Assembly (NCBI GenBank): GCA_046262775.1
Contig: JBHEMC010000011.1
Coordinates: forward strand, 936-64,935
Length of the DNA: 64,000 nt
Source of the DNA: Pyrinomonadaceae bacterium
Lineage (GTDB): Bacteria; Acidobacteriota; Blastocatellia; Pyrinomonadales; Pyrinomonadaceae
Reading direction: 5' to 3'
Shown here in pieces: positions 36,446 through 46,255 of the stretch. Made by a program: the position numbers and the translations under genes. Numbering within the stretch: the stretch's first letter is position 1; each line of letters starts with the position of its first letter. The notes under the pieces were generated by a model. That model had not been told where the DNA came from and searched no databases. It saw only the letters and a list, made by a program, of their open reading frames with translations.

Positions 36446-39334
36446 CTATAAAGGTTGTGAGTTGAGTATACGACCATATGTTTCGCGGATCGTTTTCATT
36501 TCGCCCGTCAGTTTCTCAACCAGCGTTTCCGGCGCGTTGAACCCGAGTTTGGACGCGATGTCTCGCGTAATTGCATGGTCTGCAGCGGGCAAGTGAGTCG
36601 AGCGACCGCTGATCAACCGCAAATTGTGATCTACCAATCTCAGAAAGCTGTAGCCGTCGCTGAGAACCCCGAAGTCTTCATCGTCTAAGGACCCTTCTTC
36701 GTTTAGGCGCTCTAGTGTGCCGGCTGTCGAACGATCATCCCCCTCGTCCGGTATCTCATCACGGAGCTGCAGGTATCGAACCACGAAGTAAACGTCGAGC
36801 ATTCCGCCTCGTGCGTACTTGATATCAACACCACCATGTCGACTACGTTTGGTCTTCTCTATCTCCAGTCGATCACGGACACGCCTGGTCTCACATCTAA
36901 GCTCGTCATCACTCAGCTTCAACGCGTTTTGATGAATTCGATGGCGCGCGTGAGTCTCGACCATCTTCCCAAGTTCCATATCCCCACCAATCGCTCGCAA
37001 CTTCACGTACGCGAGCCATTCCCATGGTGCACTTTCCACTTTGAGATAGTCGAGAAACGCGTCCGAACTCACTACCAGCGGCCCGTTCTTTCCATGTGGT
37101 CGTAACCGCAAATCGATCCGGTATAGATAACCTGCGCGCGTGATGCTCGAGAGGGCTGTGATCATGAGTTCAACCAGCCGGCCGTAAGCCTGATCTTGCG
37201 TGAGTTCCGCAATTGGAGAAGGCACGAGGGAATCGTATGTGATGAGAATATCCAGATCTGATCCGTAATCTACTCCGCCGCTCCCCAGGCGACCAGCGCC
37301 AAAGAATGCAATGCGCGGTCCCGCGCTAAGGCGACCAAACCGGCGTGCAAGCTCACGTCGCACAATCAGGTAAGCAACATTCAAACTAGCCACGGCCAAA
37401 TCAGTTTGCAATCGATTCAGCTCGCGCAGCGGTGCCTCTGAAGAGACGTCAAGCAATCCAATTTCCGTAAGAAGCTCGGCCCATTTGCGGCGTAGAACGT
37501 CAATCTCTGTTGTAAAGCTATTCTCGACATCGATAGCCGCACGCAGAACTGCTCGATAATCTCGTCGAGATTGCCAGCTTGCGTTGACATGAAGCGAACT
37601 AATGAGTGAGGGATTAGCTGCCAACATATCGCCGAAGAATTCGGAAGCGCCACACAGGCGCGTCAAGGAGAGCAAATTTTCCGTAGTTAGCTCCAGCGTG
37701 ACCGGTGATTTCTCCAGTGATGCGGCAATGCGTGCACAAGTTAATAAAGATCGATGCGGATTCTGAGAATCCACTGCCATCGTTTGTAATGCACTGGCGA
37801 GTTGATCTTCATCAAGGAATGGCTGCTGCAGATGATTGCTGAATACTTTCGCGGCAGCCAGTGCCGATGGTCTGTCGAGGTCCCACGACTCCGCATGGAG
37901 CAATTTCACATCAACATTATGATCGTCAACAGCTTTCTGTGGAGTCAGAAACAGCCGATCGAAAACACTTCGAACGTTTGTAGTGTGGAGGGAGACGGCT
38001 TGCGCAAACTCCGCGGCAGTCGGAAATCCCATCCGTCTTCCGACCAGTAATCGCGCCCCAGGAGTCTCTGGAACGATATGAGTTTGCAGCCCATGTTCCA
38101 TCTGCAGCCGGTGCTCGAGTGTTCTCAGAAAATCGTACGCATCTGAGAGCTGAGTATGTTCGGATTCATTGATAAAACCCCTTTCTGTGAGACGTCCCAG
38201 GCTCATAAGCGTGTGTGACACTCGCAGCCAGGGGTCCTTTCCACCATGAGCCAGTTGCAGAGCCTGAGCGATAAATTCGATCTCACGTATTCCACCGCGA
38301 CCAAGCTTAACGTTCAAACCAAATTTCCTTTCGGCCTGATCCTCGATCTTTTGCCTCGCTAGCCGGACGTTGCGTAAAGCTTCCGCAACAGATGTATCAA
38401 TCCGGAATACAGAAGAAACCACGTCTTCCTTGAAGCGACTGAATAACGTGGAAGAGCCGGCTGCAGCGCGTGCGCGAATTAGCGTCTGCCGCTCCCAATC
38501 CTGGGCTGTTCGTTTGTAATACCGAATCGCTTCCTCGAGGGAACACGCCAAAGTGCCGTCACGACCGTATGGCCGCAATCGCAAATCGACGCGATACGCG
38601 GCCCCCTCTCCGCCGGGTTTGCCGACAAGCTGAGTAACGCGTTCAGCCAACTTAACGAAGTATTCGCGATTTGTAATTTCGCCCCGGTCTCCGGTTCCGG
38701 ATGTCTTTCCTTCGGCAGAGTAGATAAAGGTTAAATCGATATCCGAAGCGTAATTAAGCTCGAGGGAGCCAAGTTTACCCAGCGCAACAATCGTAAACTC
38801 TGCCGGAGCGATCCGGCTGCGTTCATCTGAGACCGTTGGCGCGCCGTATCGGTTGTCGAGATCTTGTCGCGCAAGACTTAGCGCATAGTCGAGAATTGCA
38901 TCGGCAAGATTCGAAAGCTCCTCGGTAGTTTCAACCAGCGTGTGCGTTCGGCGAATGTCGTGAAGGTAAGTGCGCAACAGTTCTCGCCTGCGAAAACGGG
39001 CAAACACAACCTGCGGATCCAGCTCCGAATTTGTGAGTGCAAATCGAGCCAGCGATTCACGCAACTCTTCACACGTTCTGACACGGGGGTCCGCACGCTC
39101 GCGACCCAACCACGAAAGGTAATCGGGATTTTGTTCTAGTGTTGTCGCAAGCAGTTGACTCCATGAAGCGAGGGCGAGAACGTCCGAGAGGAGAGCTGGT
39201 TGTTTTACCAACCGCCGATACGCTACTGCTTGGCGCTTCTCCAGATTCTGGAGAAATAATCGTGCCCCCGGCTCGTCGGGCAGATCGTGAAGAAGAAAAG
39301 CAATTTGCGCATCCACAGTTTGCACGAGCTTCAT
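36446..39334 (-). CDS. glnE: Bifunctional glutamine synthetase adenylyltransferase / adenylyl-removing enzyme
   Basis: 962 aa with two nucleotidyltransferase modules (GKLGSLELNYASDIDLTFIY and GRLGSGGVDYGSDLDILITY), each followed by a GlnE helical domain. It is downstream of glnA. Confidence 0.85.
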   Translation of the reverse strand: MKLVQTVDAQIAFLLHDLPDEPGARLFLQNLEKRQAVAYRRLVKQPALLSDVLALASWSQLLATTLEQNPDYLSWLGRERADPRVRTCEELRESLARFALTNSELDPQVVFARFRRRELLRTYLHDIRRTHTLVETTEELSNLADAILDYALSLARQDLDNRYGAPTVSDERSRIAPAEFTIVALGKLGSLELNYASDIDLTFIYSAEGKTSGTGDRGEITNREYFVKLAERVTQLVGKPGGEGAAYRVDLRLRPYGRDGTLACSLEEAIRYYKRTAQDWERQTLIRARAAAGSSTLFSRFKEDVVSSVFRIDTSVAEALRNVRLARQKIEDQAERKFGLNVKLGRGGIREIEFIAQALQLAHGGKDPWLRVSHTLMSLGRLTERGFINESEHTQLSDAYDFLRTLEHRLQMEHGLQTHIVPETPGARLLVGRRMGFPTAAEFAQAVSLHTTNVRSVFDRLFLTPQKAVDDHNVDVKLLHAESWDLDRPSALAAAKVFSNHLQQPFLDEDQLASALQTMAVDSQNPHRSLLTCARIAASLEKSPVTLELTTENLLSLTRLCGASEFFGDMLAANPSLISSLHVNASWQSRRDYRAVLRAAIDVENSFTTEIDVLRRKWAELLTEIGLLDVSSEAPLRELNRLQTDLAVASLNVAYLIVRRELARRFGRLSAGPRIAFFGAGRLGSGGVDYGSDLDILITYDSLVPSPIAELTQDQAYGRLVELMITALSSITRAGYLYRIDLRLRPHGKNGPLVVSSDAFLDYLKVESAPWEWLAYVKLRAIGGDMELGKMVETHARHRIHQNALKLSDDELRCETRRVRDRLEIEKTKRSRHGGVDIKYARGGMLDVYFVVRYLQLRDEIPDEGDDRSTAGTLERLNEEGSLDDEDFGVLSDGYSFLRLVDHNLRLISGRSTHLPAADHAITRDIASKLGFNAPETLVEKLTGEMKTIRETYGRILNSQPL

Positions 39335-39463
39335 TCTACGCGGCGTCGGATACTCTAGGCCAACAGGCGATTAAACATTAACCGCAGATGAACACTGAAT
39401 GGGAGCGTTAGATAGAGTCGGTAGAGGCAGGTGTGGCACCTCGTGTGGCAAAACGACGGATTT

Positions 39464-39505
39464 TTACAAAAAAGCGATCCAGCAGATCTTGTTGGATCGC
39501 TTTTT
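39464..39505 (-). terminator. Rho-independent terminator of glnA (bidirectional hairpin)
   Basis: GCGATCCA (39474-39481), an 11-nt loop, then TGGATCGC (39493-39500). An A/T run flanks it on both sides. In the minus sense the stem is followed by TTTTTTGT, 18-60 nt after the glnA stop. Confidence 0.7.
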
Positions 39506-39522
39506 CCATTTTAGGTCGCAGC

Positions 39523-40947
39523 TTAAATGTCGTAATACAAACTGAACTCAAGTGGATGCGGGCGCATTCGCATTGGAGCGATCTCTCGATCGCGTTTATA
39601 AGTCAGCCACCGCTCGATCAGTTGTGGGCTAAACACATCGCCCTTCAACAGAAACTCATGATCATTCTCAAGTGCCTTCAGAGAATCATCCAGCGATCCT
39701 GGCAGTGTGGGCACGTCCTTCAGCTCTTCGGGCGAGAGGTCGTAGATATCTTTCTCCAAAGGATCACCTGGATCAATTCTGTTCTGAATGCCATCGAGAC
39801 CGGCCAACAGCATCGCTGAAAACGCGAGATAAGGGTTGCACGAAGGATCAGGCGGCCGAAACTCCAGCCTCTTCAGCTTCGGATTAGTCGAAAACATGGG
39901 AATACGAATAGCAGCAGAACGATTGCGGGCCGAGTAGGCTAAATTGACAGGGGCTTCGAAACCTGGCACTAAACGTTTGTAGCTGTTAGTTGTCGGTGCT
40001 GCGAACGCCACAACTGCGGCCGCGTGTTTCAGCAGTCCGCCGATGTAATACCGCGCCATCTCCGACAAACCAGCATAACCATCACCTGAAAACAGCGGTT
40101 TCTCGCCTTTCCACAAAGACTGGTGACAATGCATACCTGAGCCGTTATCTCCAAACAGAGGTTTGGGCATAAAGGTCGCTGACTTGCCATATTGATAAGC
40201 AGTATTGCGGACTATAGATTTGAATATCTGAAGATTATCGGCCGTACCCAGCAACGTCGAATAGCGAAAATCGATCTCGCACTGACCTGCCGTTGCGACC
40301 TCATGGTGGTGACACTCAACTGTAACACCACACTTTGCGAGCGTCAGTGAAATTTCGGAGCGCAAATCACTCAACGTATCCGTCGGCGGTACGGGTACAT
40401 AACCTTCCTTTGGGCGGATTCGATAACCAAGATTCGACCCGCTGAACTCGTTCGCATCACGACCGCTATTCCAATGTCCTTCATCTGAATCAATCGTGTA
40501 ACCAGCGGATTGCTGATCGTTGTTGAATTTTACTGAATCGAAAACGAAGAACTCAGCTTCGGGTCCGAAAAAGGCTGTGTCGGCAAGGCCGGTAAATTTT
40601 AGATAGCTTTCCGCACGTTGAGCGACGGAGCGAGGGTCGAATGCGTAACCTTCTTTGGTAATAGGATCGACTGCATTGCCAACAATGCAGAGAGTGGGTT
40701 GTTCGGCGAATGGATCCATCCAGAAACGACCGGCGTCGGGCACGAGTAACATGTCAGATTCGTGGATGGCGGCCCAGCCGCGAATGGACGACGCATCGAA
40801 GCCGAATCCATCTTCGAACGTATCTTCGCCGAGTTCGCCGATGGGAAAGGTTAAATGTTGCCAGGACCCTGGCAGATCGGTGAATCTGCAGGAAATAAAT
40901 TTCGCGCCCTGGTCGGAGGCATATTTCAAGACAGTCTTAGGGTTCAT
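39523..40947 (-). CDS. glnA: Glutamine synthetase type I
   Basis: 474 aa. Motifs are [22 protein letters not shown] and [13 protein letters not shown]. The adenylylation-loop tyrosine context is [10 protein letters not shown]. Confidence 0.95.
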   Translation of the reverse strand: MNPKTVLKYASDQGAKFISCRFTDLPGSWQHLTFPIGELGEDTFEDGFGFDASSIRGWAAIHESDMLLVPDAGRFWMDPFAEQPTLCIVGNAVDPITKEGYAFDPRSVAQRAESYLKFTGLADTAFFGPEAEFFVFDSVKFNNDQQSAGYTIDSDEGHWNSGRDANEFSGSNLGYRIRPKEGYVPVPPTDTLSDLRSEISLTLAKCGVTVECHHHEVATAGQCEIDFRYSTLLGTADNLQIFKSIVRNTAYQYGKSATFMPKPLFGDNGSGMHCHQSLWKGEKPLFSGDGYAGLSEMARYYIGGLLKHAAAVVAFAAPTTNSYKRLVPGFEAPVNLAYSARNRSAAIRIPMFSTNPKLKRLEFRPPDPSCNPYLAFSAMLLAGLDGIQNRIDPGDPLEKDIYDLSPEELKDVPTLPGSLDDSLKALENDHEFLLKGDVFSPQLIERWLTYKRDREIAPMRMRPHPLEFSLYYDI

Positions 40948-41083
40948 GTGATCTCCTGAAAATTTGGGAGTGTTGGGGGTGCTCTTCGCCCCGGCGTGTT
41001 GGTTGGTGCGAAGTTGTGGAGTGACTAACGGCTCTAGTAACGCAAACGAGCGTCATTGGAACGACGGCGCGTAAAAAACTGCC

Positions 41084-41111
41084 ATTATAGTGACCGAGTC
41101 TTCGATGTCAA
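41084..41111 (-). promoter_or_regulatory. Consensus sigma70-type promoter upstream of glnA
   Basis: In the minus sense it reads TTGACA (41111-41106), a 16-nt spacer, then TATAAT (41089-41084). The -10 box lies about 137 nt upstream of the glnA ATG (40947). Confidence 0.5.
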
Positions 41112-41649
41112 GAAGTTTTGGTCAGACTGTCGTGTGTTTCTCTGGACGAAAGTTTGCCAAGCTCGCATTGTCAGGTACTGCGCCTCAAGCGAGACAACGT
41201 CGCCGCGGGATTGTCCTATGGATAGTTGAGTTCGAAGCTGGTAGCTGTCCTTTAACATCCGGTTTTCGCGCGCGAGACAGAAGGAATGAGCTCGTCCGTG
41301 GGGTTCCACGTGACTTCAGCGGCCTACGGCGTACAAAACTGTCGCTTATGTCGCGTCCGGGTACGCGACTTTAGGTGTAACGTTCAGGACCATGGAACTG
41401 CGCCAGGTCGGCTCTTTGAGGAGTTTGGAATGCCGCAAACAGAAGGCTTTTGCAGGTTTTATTTGGCTTTTCCGAGTCAGGCTGAAACAAAAAAGTTATA
41501 GACCGACAACGCCTTTTTCTGTTACATTGCGCCACTAACGCGTTCCACCCAACACAACTCCGCAAACCGACTCGGGAAGATGTACAACTGCATTTTCATT
41601 GATGGAATCTATTATCGGTAAGCTCAGATTTAAGGCAGGAGACCGCTAA

Positions 41650-43587
41650 TTGACCACAGCAATCGAGCATACGCTCGAAACTTATGGCATCGAAAACTGG
41701 GGTGCTGGCTACTTTGATGTAAACCGCAAGGGAAATCTCATCGTCCGCCCTATTGAGGGCGACCCCCGTTCAGCAGACCTCAAGGAAATCATTGACGATC
41801 TGGCAAAGCGCGGCATTACAGCTCCCGTACTATTGCGTTTTCCACAACTGGTTGCTGCTCAAGTTAGAAAGCTCCAACGAGCCTTCAGCCGTTCTATCCG
41901 CGAATTTGAATACCAGGGTGCACACATGTGCGTTTACCCGATGAAGGTCAATCAGATGCGGTCTGTAGTTGAAGAGTATCTACGCGAGGGTTCCCGTTAC
42001 GATTTCGGTTTGGAAGCGGGTTCGAAGGCGGAACTCTATGCAGCACTGGCTCTTGAACAAACGCCTGACAGTCTTCTCGTTCTCAACGGCTTCAAAGATC
42101 AGGAATTTATTGAACTGGCGTTTGCCGGATCTCGTTGCGGCAAGAAGGTTGTCATCGTGATTGAGAAACTGAATGAACTCGATCACGTCTTGTCTGTCGC
42201 CGAACGTCACAACGGTCCGCTGCCGATGATCGGCATGCGCGTAAAGCTCTACTCAAAAGGTTCAGGTCGTTGGGAAAAATCAGGGGGTGAAGCAGCAAAG
42301 TTTGGATTAACTACGACAGAATTGTTGGAGGTGATCAGACGCCTCGAAGAGGCCGATCGCATGGAGATGCTTAAGCTTCTCCACTTTCACATCGGTTCGC
42401 AACTCACCGACATCAAGCGCATCAAGAATGCCATGAAGGAAGCGGCCCGCGTTTACGCGAAGGTCTACCAGATGAAGGTCCCGATTGAGTTGCTGGACGT
42501 CGGCGGTGGAATGGCGGTTGATTACGACGGTTCGAAAACAGCATTCGACTCATCAGCCAATTACACCGCGCAGGAGTTTGCCAACGACGTCATCTATACA
42601 ATCAAGCAAGTGTGTGATGATGAGAACGTGCCTCATCCGACGATTATTCAGGAATCGGGAAGATTTCTCGCTGCTTACCATGCAATTCTGGTCACGAACG
42701 TCCTTGATGAAATTGAGACCGTTGTAGAAGACATCACTCCGATTGAGATCGACGGGGACGATCCGCAAGTGGTAATTGAATTGGGCGATCTGCGCGAGTC
42801 GATCACTGTGAAGAATTACCGCGAGTACTATCACGACGCACTCGAACACCGTGAAGAGCTCTTTACGTTGTTTAACCTGGGATTGATTTCACTTGAAGAT
42901 AGGGCGAAGGGCGAAGTCTTGTTTTGGGACGTTTGCGAGCGTGCGGACAAATATGCGCAACAGGCAAAATACGTGTCAGAGGAATTTGGCGATCTCCGCC
43001 GGCTGTTATGCGCCAAATACCTGACGAACTTTTCAGTGTTTCGCTCTGTGCCGGATCACTGGGCGCTCGATCAGTTGTTTCCAATCGTCCCCATTCACCT
43101 TCTCAATAAAGCTCCAACTGAGTACACAACACTGTGCGATATCACCTGCGACTCAGATGGCATCGTTGATAAGTTTGTTGATTTACACGACGTAAAGCAG
43201 GTACTTGAACTTCATGCTCTTAATCCAGACGAACCTTATTACCTGGCATTCATGCTTGTGGGGGCTTACCAGGAAGCGATGGGAAACAATCACAATCTAT
43301 TTGGCGTACCTCATGAGGCTCAAATTCACATCGACGAAGAGGGATTTCTAATTAAGAAAGTAATCAGGGGCACAACTGTTGGCGGGGCCGCAGAACGCGC
43401 TCGATACGAACGCAGTCTTCTGCATGATGGGTTTCGAAGGCTTATCAATCAGCGCGTTAAGGAAGGTGAGCTGAGCGAAGCCGAAGGCGCCGAATTGGCC
43501 CAGTTCTACGAATCTCGTTACGACGCTTACACCTATCTTGCGGTGAACGGAAGCCGTCCACGATCGCGACGAAGGACTGATTACTGA
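41650..43587 (+). CDS. speA: Biosynthetic arginine decarboxylase
   Basis: 645 aa with a TTG start preceded by AAGGCAGGAG. The N-terminus YGIENWGAGYFDVNRKGNL and PLP-fold blocks (YPMKVNQ, HFHIGSQ, LDVGGGMAVDYDG) are present. Confidence 0.9.
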   Translation: MTTAIEHTLETYGIENWGAGYFDVNRKGNLIVRPIEGDPRSADLKEIIDDLAKRGITAPVLLRFPQLVAAQVRKLQRAFSRSIREFEYQGAHMCVYPMKVNQMRSVVEEYLREGSRYDFGLEAGSKAELYAALALEQTPDSLLVLNGFKDQEFIELAFAGSRCGKKVVIVIEKLNELDHVLSVAERHNGPLPMIGMRVKLYSKGSGRWEKSGGEAAKFGLTTTELLEVIRRLEEADRMEMLKLLHFHIGSQLTDIKRIKNAMKEAARVYAKVYQMKVPIELLDVGGGMAVDYDGSKTAFDSSANYTAQEFANDVIYTIKQVCDDENVPHPTIIQESGRFLAAYHAILVTNVLDEIETVVEDITPIEIDGDDPQVVIELGDLRESITVKNYREYYHDALEHREELFTLFNLGLISLEDRAKGEVLFWDVCERADKYAQQAKYVSEEFGDLRRLLCAKYLTNFSVFRSVPDHWALDQLFPIVPIHLLNKAPTEYTTLCDITCDSDGIVDKFVDLHDVKQVLELHALNPDEPYYLAFMLVGAYQEAMGNNHNLFGVPHEAQIHIDEEGFLIKKVIRGTTVGGAAERARYERSLLHDGFRRLINQRVKEGELSEAEGAELAQFYESRYDAYTYLAVNGSRPRSRRRTDY

Positions 43588-43635
43588 TCTCACACACTAT
43601 AAGCAGCTGGTCCAGGTACACTTCAGCTCGAGAGG

Positions 43636-44706
43636 TTGACATCCCGCATGGTCACTCAACGAAAACCAAAAGCATCGAAGTATCTAACTACGCCGACGCG
43701 CCCTGTTCAGGTCGATCGCGATCGCTCCGTCGCCGGATTACTTGAAAAGATGGAAGGCACAGGATTCGGCGGCCGCCAACTGGCCGAAGCACACCGTATC
43801 TGGCTCGATATGCTCGGCGATAATACGACCATTATGGTTGCTGCTTCGGGTGCGCTCATTCCCGCCGGTATGCGACGTTTGCTTGCTTACGTAATTAAGA
43901 ATCGATTCGTTGACGTATTGGTGCTGTCAGGCTCGATGCTGTTTCACGATCTGCACGAGACGCTCGGCCGGTATCATTTTCAGGCGCATCCTACGATGAC
44001 AGATGCCGAACTCGAATCGGCTCAGATCAGTCGCATGTGGGATCTACTCGCCAGTGACGAAGAGTATAGAGAGGCCAAAGAATGGATCGGCGGGTTCACC
44101 AACCAGCTCGATCAATCCCGGCCGTATTCACCACGTGAGTTCTTACACCTACTTGGGCGAGAACTCGCTGAAATAGCCTCGGAAGACGGGGTGCTTACTT
44201 CCGCATACAAAGCGCGCGTGCCGATTTTCTGTCCGGCAATCGCCGATAGCGGATTAGTGGTGGGAATTGCGGGTGCGAGGTTTGAAAAGAAGAACAGCTT
44301 CATGTTCGATATCGTGCAGGATGTACTGGACATGATGAATATTATGGCCCAGGCCAGGATCTCCGGAATCATCAACCTCGGCGGTGGCACTCCCAAGAGC
44401 TTTATCCAACAGGCAACGCTCTCTTCCTTTCTGCAAAAAGAGCATCATCACGGCCACAAGTACGCCATCCAGATCTCAACAGATTCTCCACATCCTGGTG
44501 GACGCTCGAATGCGGTCTCTTTTGATGAAGGATTCGTTTACGGGAAACTCGCGCGTGGTGCACACACAGCCTTCGTACCTTGTGATGCAACTATCGCTCT
44601 GCCGTTTCTGATCACGTCGCTCTCCCAAACAGCAGCGAAGTATATGAAGGGACGCAAGCGACCGAACTTCTTGTTTGGACGGGATCTAACAATAGAGGGT
44701 TCCTGA
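43636..44706 (+). CDS. Deoxyhypusine synthase-like protein (probable homospermidine synthase type)
   Basis: 356 aa. DHS-family blocks are GGRQLAEAHRIWLDML, AASGALIPAGMR, VDVLVLSG and NLGGGTPKSF. It is adjacent to speA. Confidence 0.7.
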   Translation: MTSRMVTQRKPKASKYLTTPTRPVQVDRDRSVAGLLEKMEGTGFGGRQLAEAHRIWLDMLGDNTTIMVAASGALIPAGMRRLLAYVIKNRFVDVLVLSGSMLFHDLHETLGRYHFQAHPTMTDAELESAQISRMWDLLASDEEYREAKEWIGGFTNQLDQSRPYSPREFLHLLGRELAEIASEDGVLTSAYKARVPIFCPAIADSGLVVGIAGARFEKKNSFMFDIVQDVLDMMNIMAQARISGIINLGGGTPKSFIQQATLSSFLQKEHHHGHKYAIQISTDSPHPGGRSNAVSFDEGFVYGKLARGAHTAFVPCDATIALPFLITSLSQTAAKYMKGRKRPNFLFGRDLTIEGS

Positions 44707-45292
44707 CGATCCGCGACCAGTAGTCTACCCAACCATCTTACTGACGCCGCTGTTGCAGCACCGCTCTAACGACCACCCGTTAGAAGGCTAACGGTGATTG
44801 ACCCGGCGGGATACGCATCTAATGCACTCATTCCCTCGCCAGATACAACCAGCAATAGAAACGAGAATAACGCGCTTAAAACGGGTCGCAGAAGAACGAG
44901 CCGGCCGATGATATAAAAATCAGGCAAATCAACGAAACATGACAGAAGCAATAAACGCGTTGCAACCACAATAAAGTCGGGGACTCATATTTCGAGCAAC
45001 ACTTTGGTTGTGATATGCGGCCATTGCTAGCGCAATTGCAAAACGATCAGACCAATTGCCCGCAAGTGCAGCTTCTGTTCAGTTGACGTTAGCTTTTCAG
45101 AAAAACGTCGAGTTGAAGACGCAATTAACTGGAATCCCAGCAACGCTTAGCATGCCTGGTAGCGCCATACGCCATTCTTCGAGAAGATGGGTGACGGCCT
45201 CCCACAACGGCAACTCCTCACGGTACCTGGCCATTAACGCCCCCACAAGCACGCGCAAGACTATGGAACTCAGCTCTGTCAAGACTCGTGGA

Positions 45293-46114
45293 TCATCCCA
45301 GCCATTGCAACACTTCCTCCTCGGCTATCGCGCGGCTGCCACCAACGAGATGGATAAAATATTCCTCAAGCGAAATAGGACTCTGTCGCGCGCCATCGTC
45401 TTCCATGCTTATCCCCTTTCGCAGTTCGTTCAGCGATCCTGATGCGAGGAGCTTGCCTTGTGCGATGATTGCGATGTCACTGCAAAGTCGCTCGACAATC
45501 TCGAGTACGTGTGAAGTCAAAAATACGGTCAACCCTCGTGCGGTAAGCCGTGACAATAGATCCTTCAGCGTGCGGGAGGCGATCGCATCGATGCCCTCAA
45601 ACGGCTCATCAAGAAAAAGCATTTCTGGTCGATGGATGAGTGCGCAGGCCAACGACAATTTCTTCTTCATGCCATGCGAATATTCAATGATTAACTTCCG
45701 CGGCTCCTCCTGAAGTTCCATCAACTCCAACAACTCTTTCGACCGATGTGCGATCTCATTTTTCGCTAGACCATACATCCGGCCCGTAAACGACAGCATT
45801 TCTGCGCCCGTAAGTCGTTCGAAGAGATTCAGGTCTTCGGGGACTACGCCGATCCGTCGCTTCACCTCCATTGGGTGCTTGGAAATGTCCAGACCGAGCA
45901 CATTGCACTTGCCGCTCGTCGGCGCCAGCAGGCCTGTCAGAACTTTAATAGTAGTTGATTTTCCGGCTCCGTTCGGACCAAGAAACCCAAAGAAGCTGCC
46001 GCGATTTACGTGAAGATTGATGTGATCGACGGCAATGAAATCGCCAAACTGACGCACGAGGTCAAAAGTTTCTACTGCTTTATTGTTTGTTTCGGGGTTT
46101 AGTGGTTCTGACAT
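45293..46114 (-). CDS. ABC transporter ATP-binding protein (ABC-2/CcmA-like exporter class)
   Basis: ORF trimmed to ATG 46114 (MSEPLNPE...). Walker A is GPNGAGKST, the signature-like block is YSHGMKKKLSLACAL and Walker B is MLFLDEPFEG. Confidence 0.8.
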   Translation of the reverse strand: MSEPLNPETNNKAVETFDLVRQFGDFIAVDHINLHVNRGSFFGFLGPNGAGKSTTIKVLTGLLAPTSGKCNVLGLDISKHPMEVKRRIGVVPEDLNLFERLTGAEMLSFTGRMYGLAKNEIAHRSKELLELMELQEEPRKLIIEYSHGMKKKLSLACALIHRPEMLFLDEPFEGIDAIASRTLKDLLSRLTARGLTVFLTSHVLEIVERLCSDIAIIAQGKLLASGSLNELRKGISMEDDGARQSPISLEEYFIHLVGGSRAIAEEEVLQWLG

Positions 46115-46255
46115 CTTCACGTTTTTACGCGGAGAACGCGGAAGCGTCAAGCAGGATTAAACCGGGTCAGACTGAACCATATGTAACGCAAGAACGTACC
46201 GACAACTCTAATTTTTTAGAGCTGCGGTAGCGATATCACTCAGGTTTGCGATGGG

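Noticed and set aside
39434-39450. TGGCAC-CTCGT-GTGGCA resembles a sigma54 -24/-12 element. A similar TGGCAG-N-ACGC occurs near 41070-41085 on the minus strand.
   Set aside because: GG-to-GC spacing is one nucleotide off consensus in both cases, and the -12 TTGC is missing. The first faces antisense into glnA.
44766-44969. Calling the 67-aa hydrophobic ORF (and 45097-45282) as separate small membrane-protein genes.
   Set aside because: There are no ribosome-binding sites or recognisable families, and the pieces sit in different frames within one short stretch. The region is reported as ambiguous rather than as genes.
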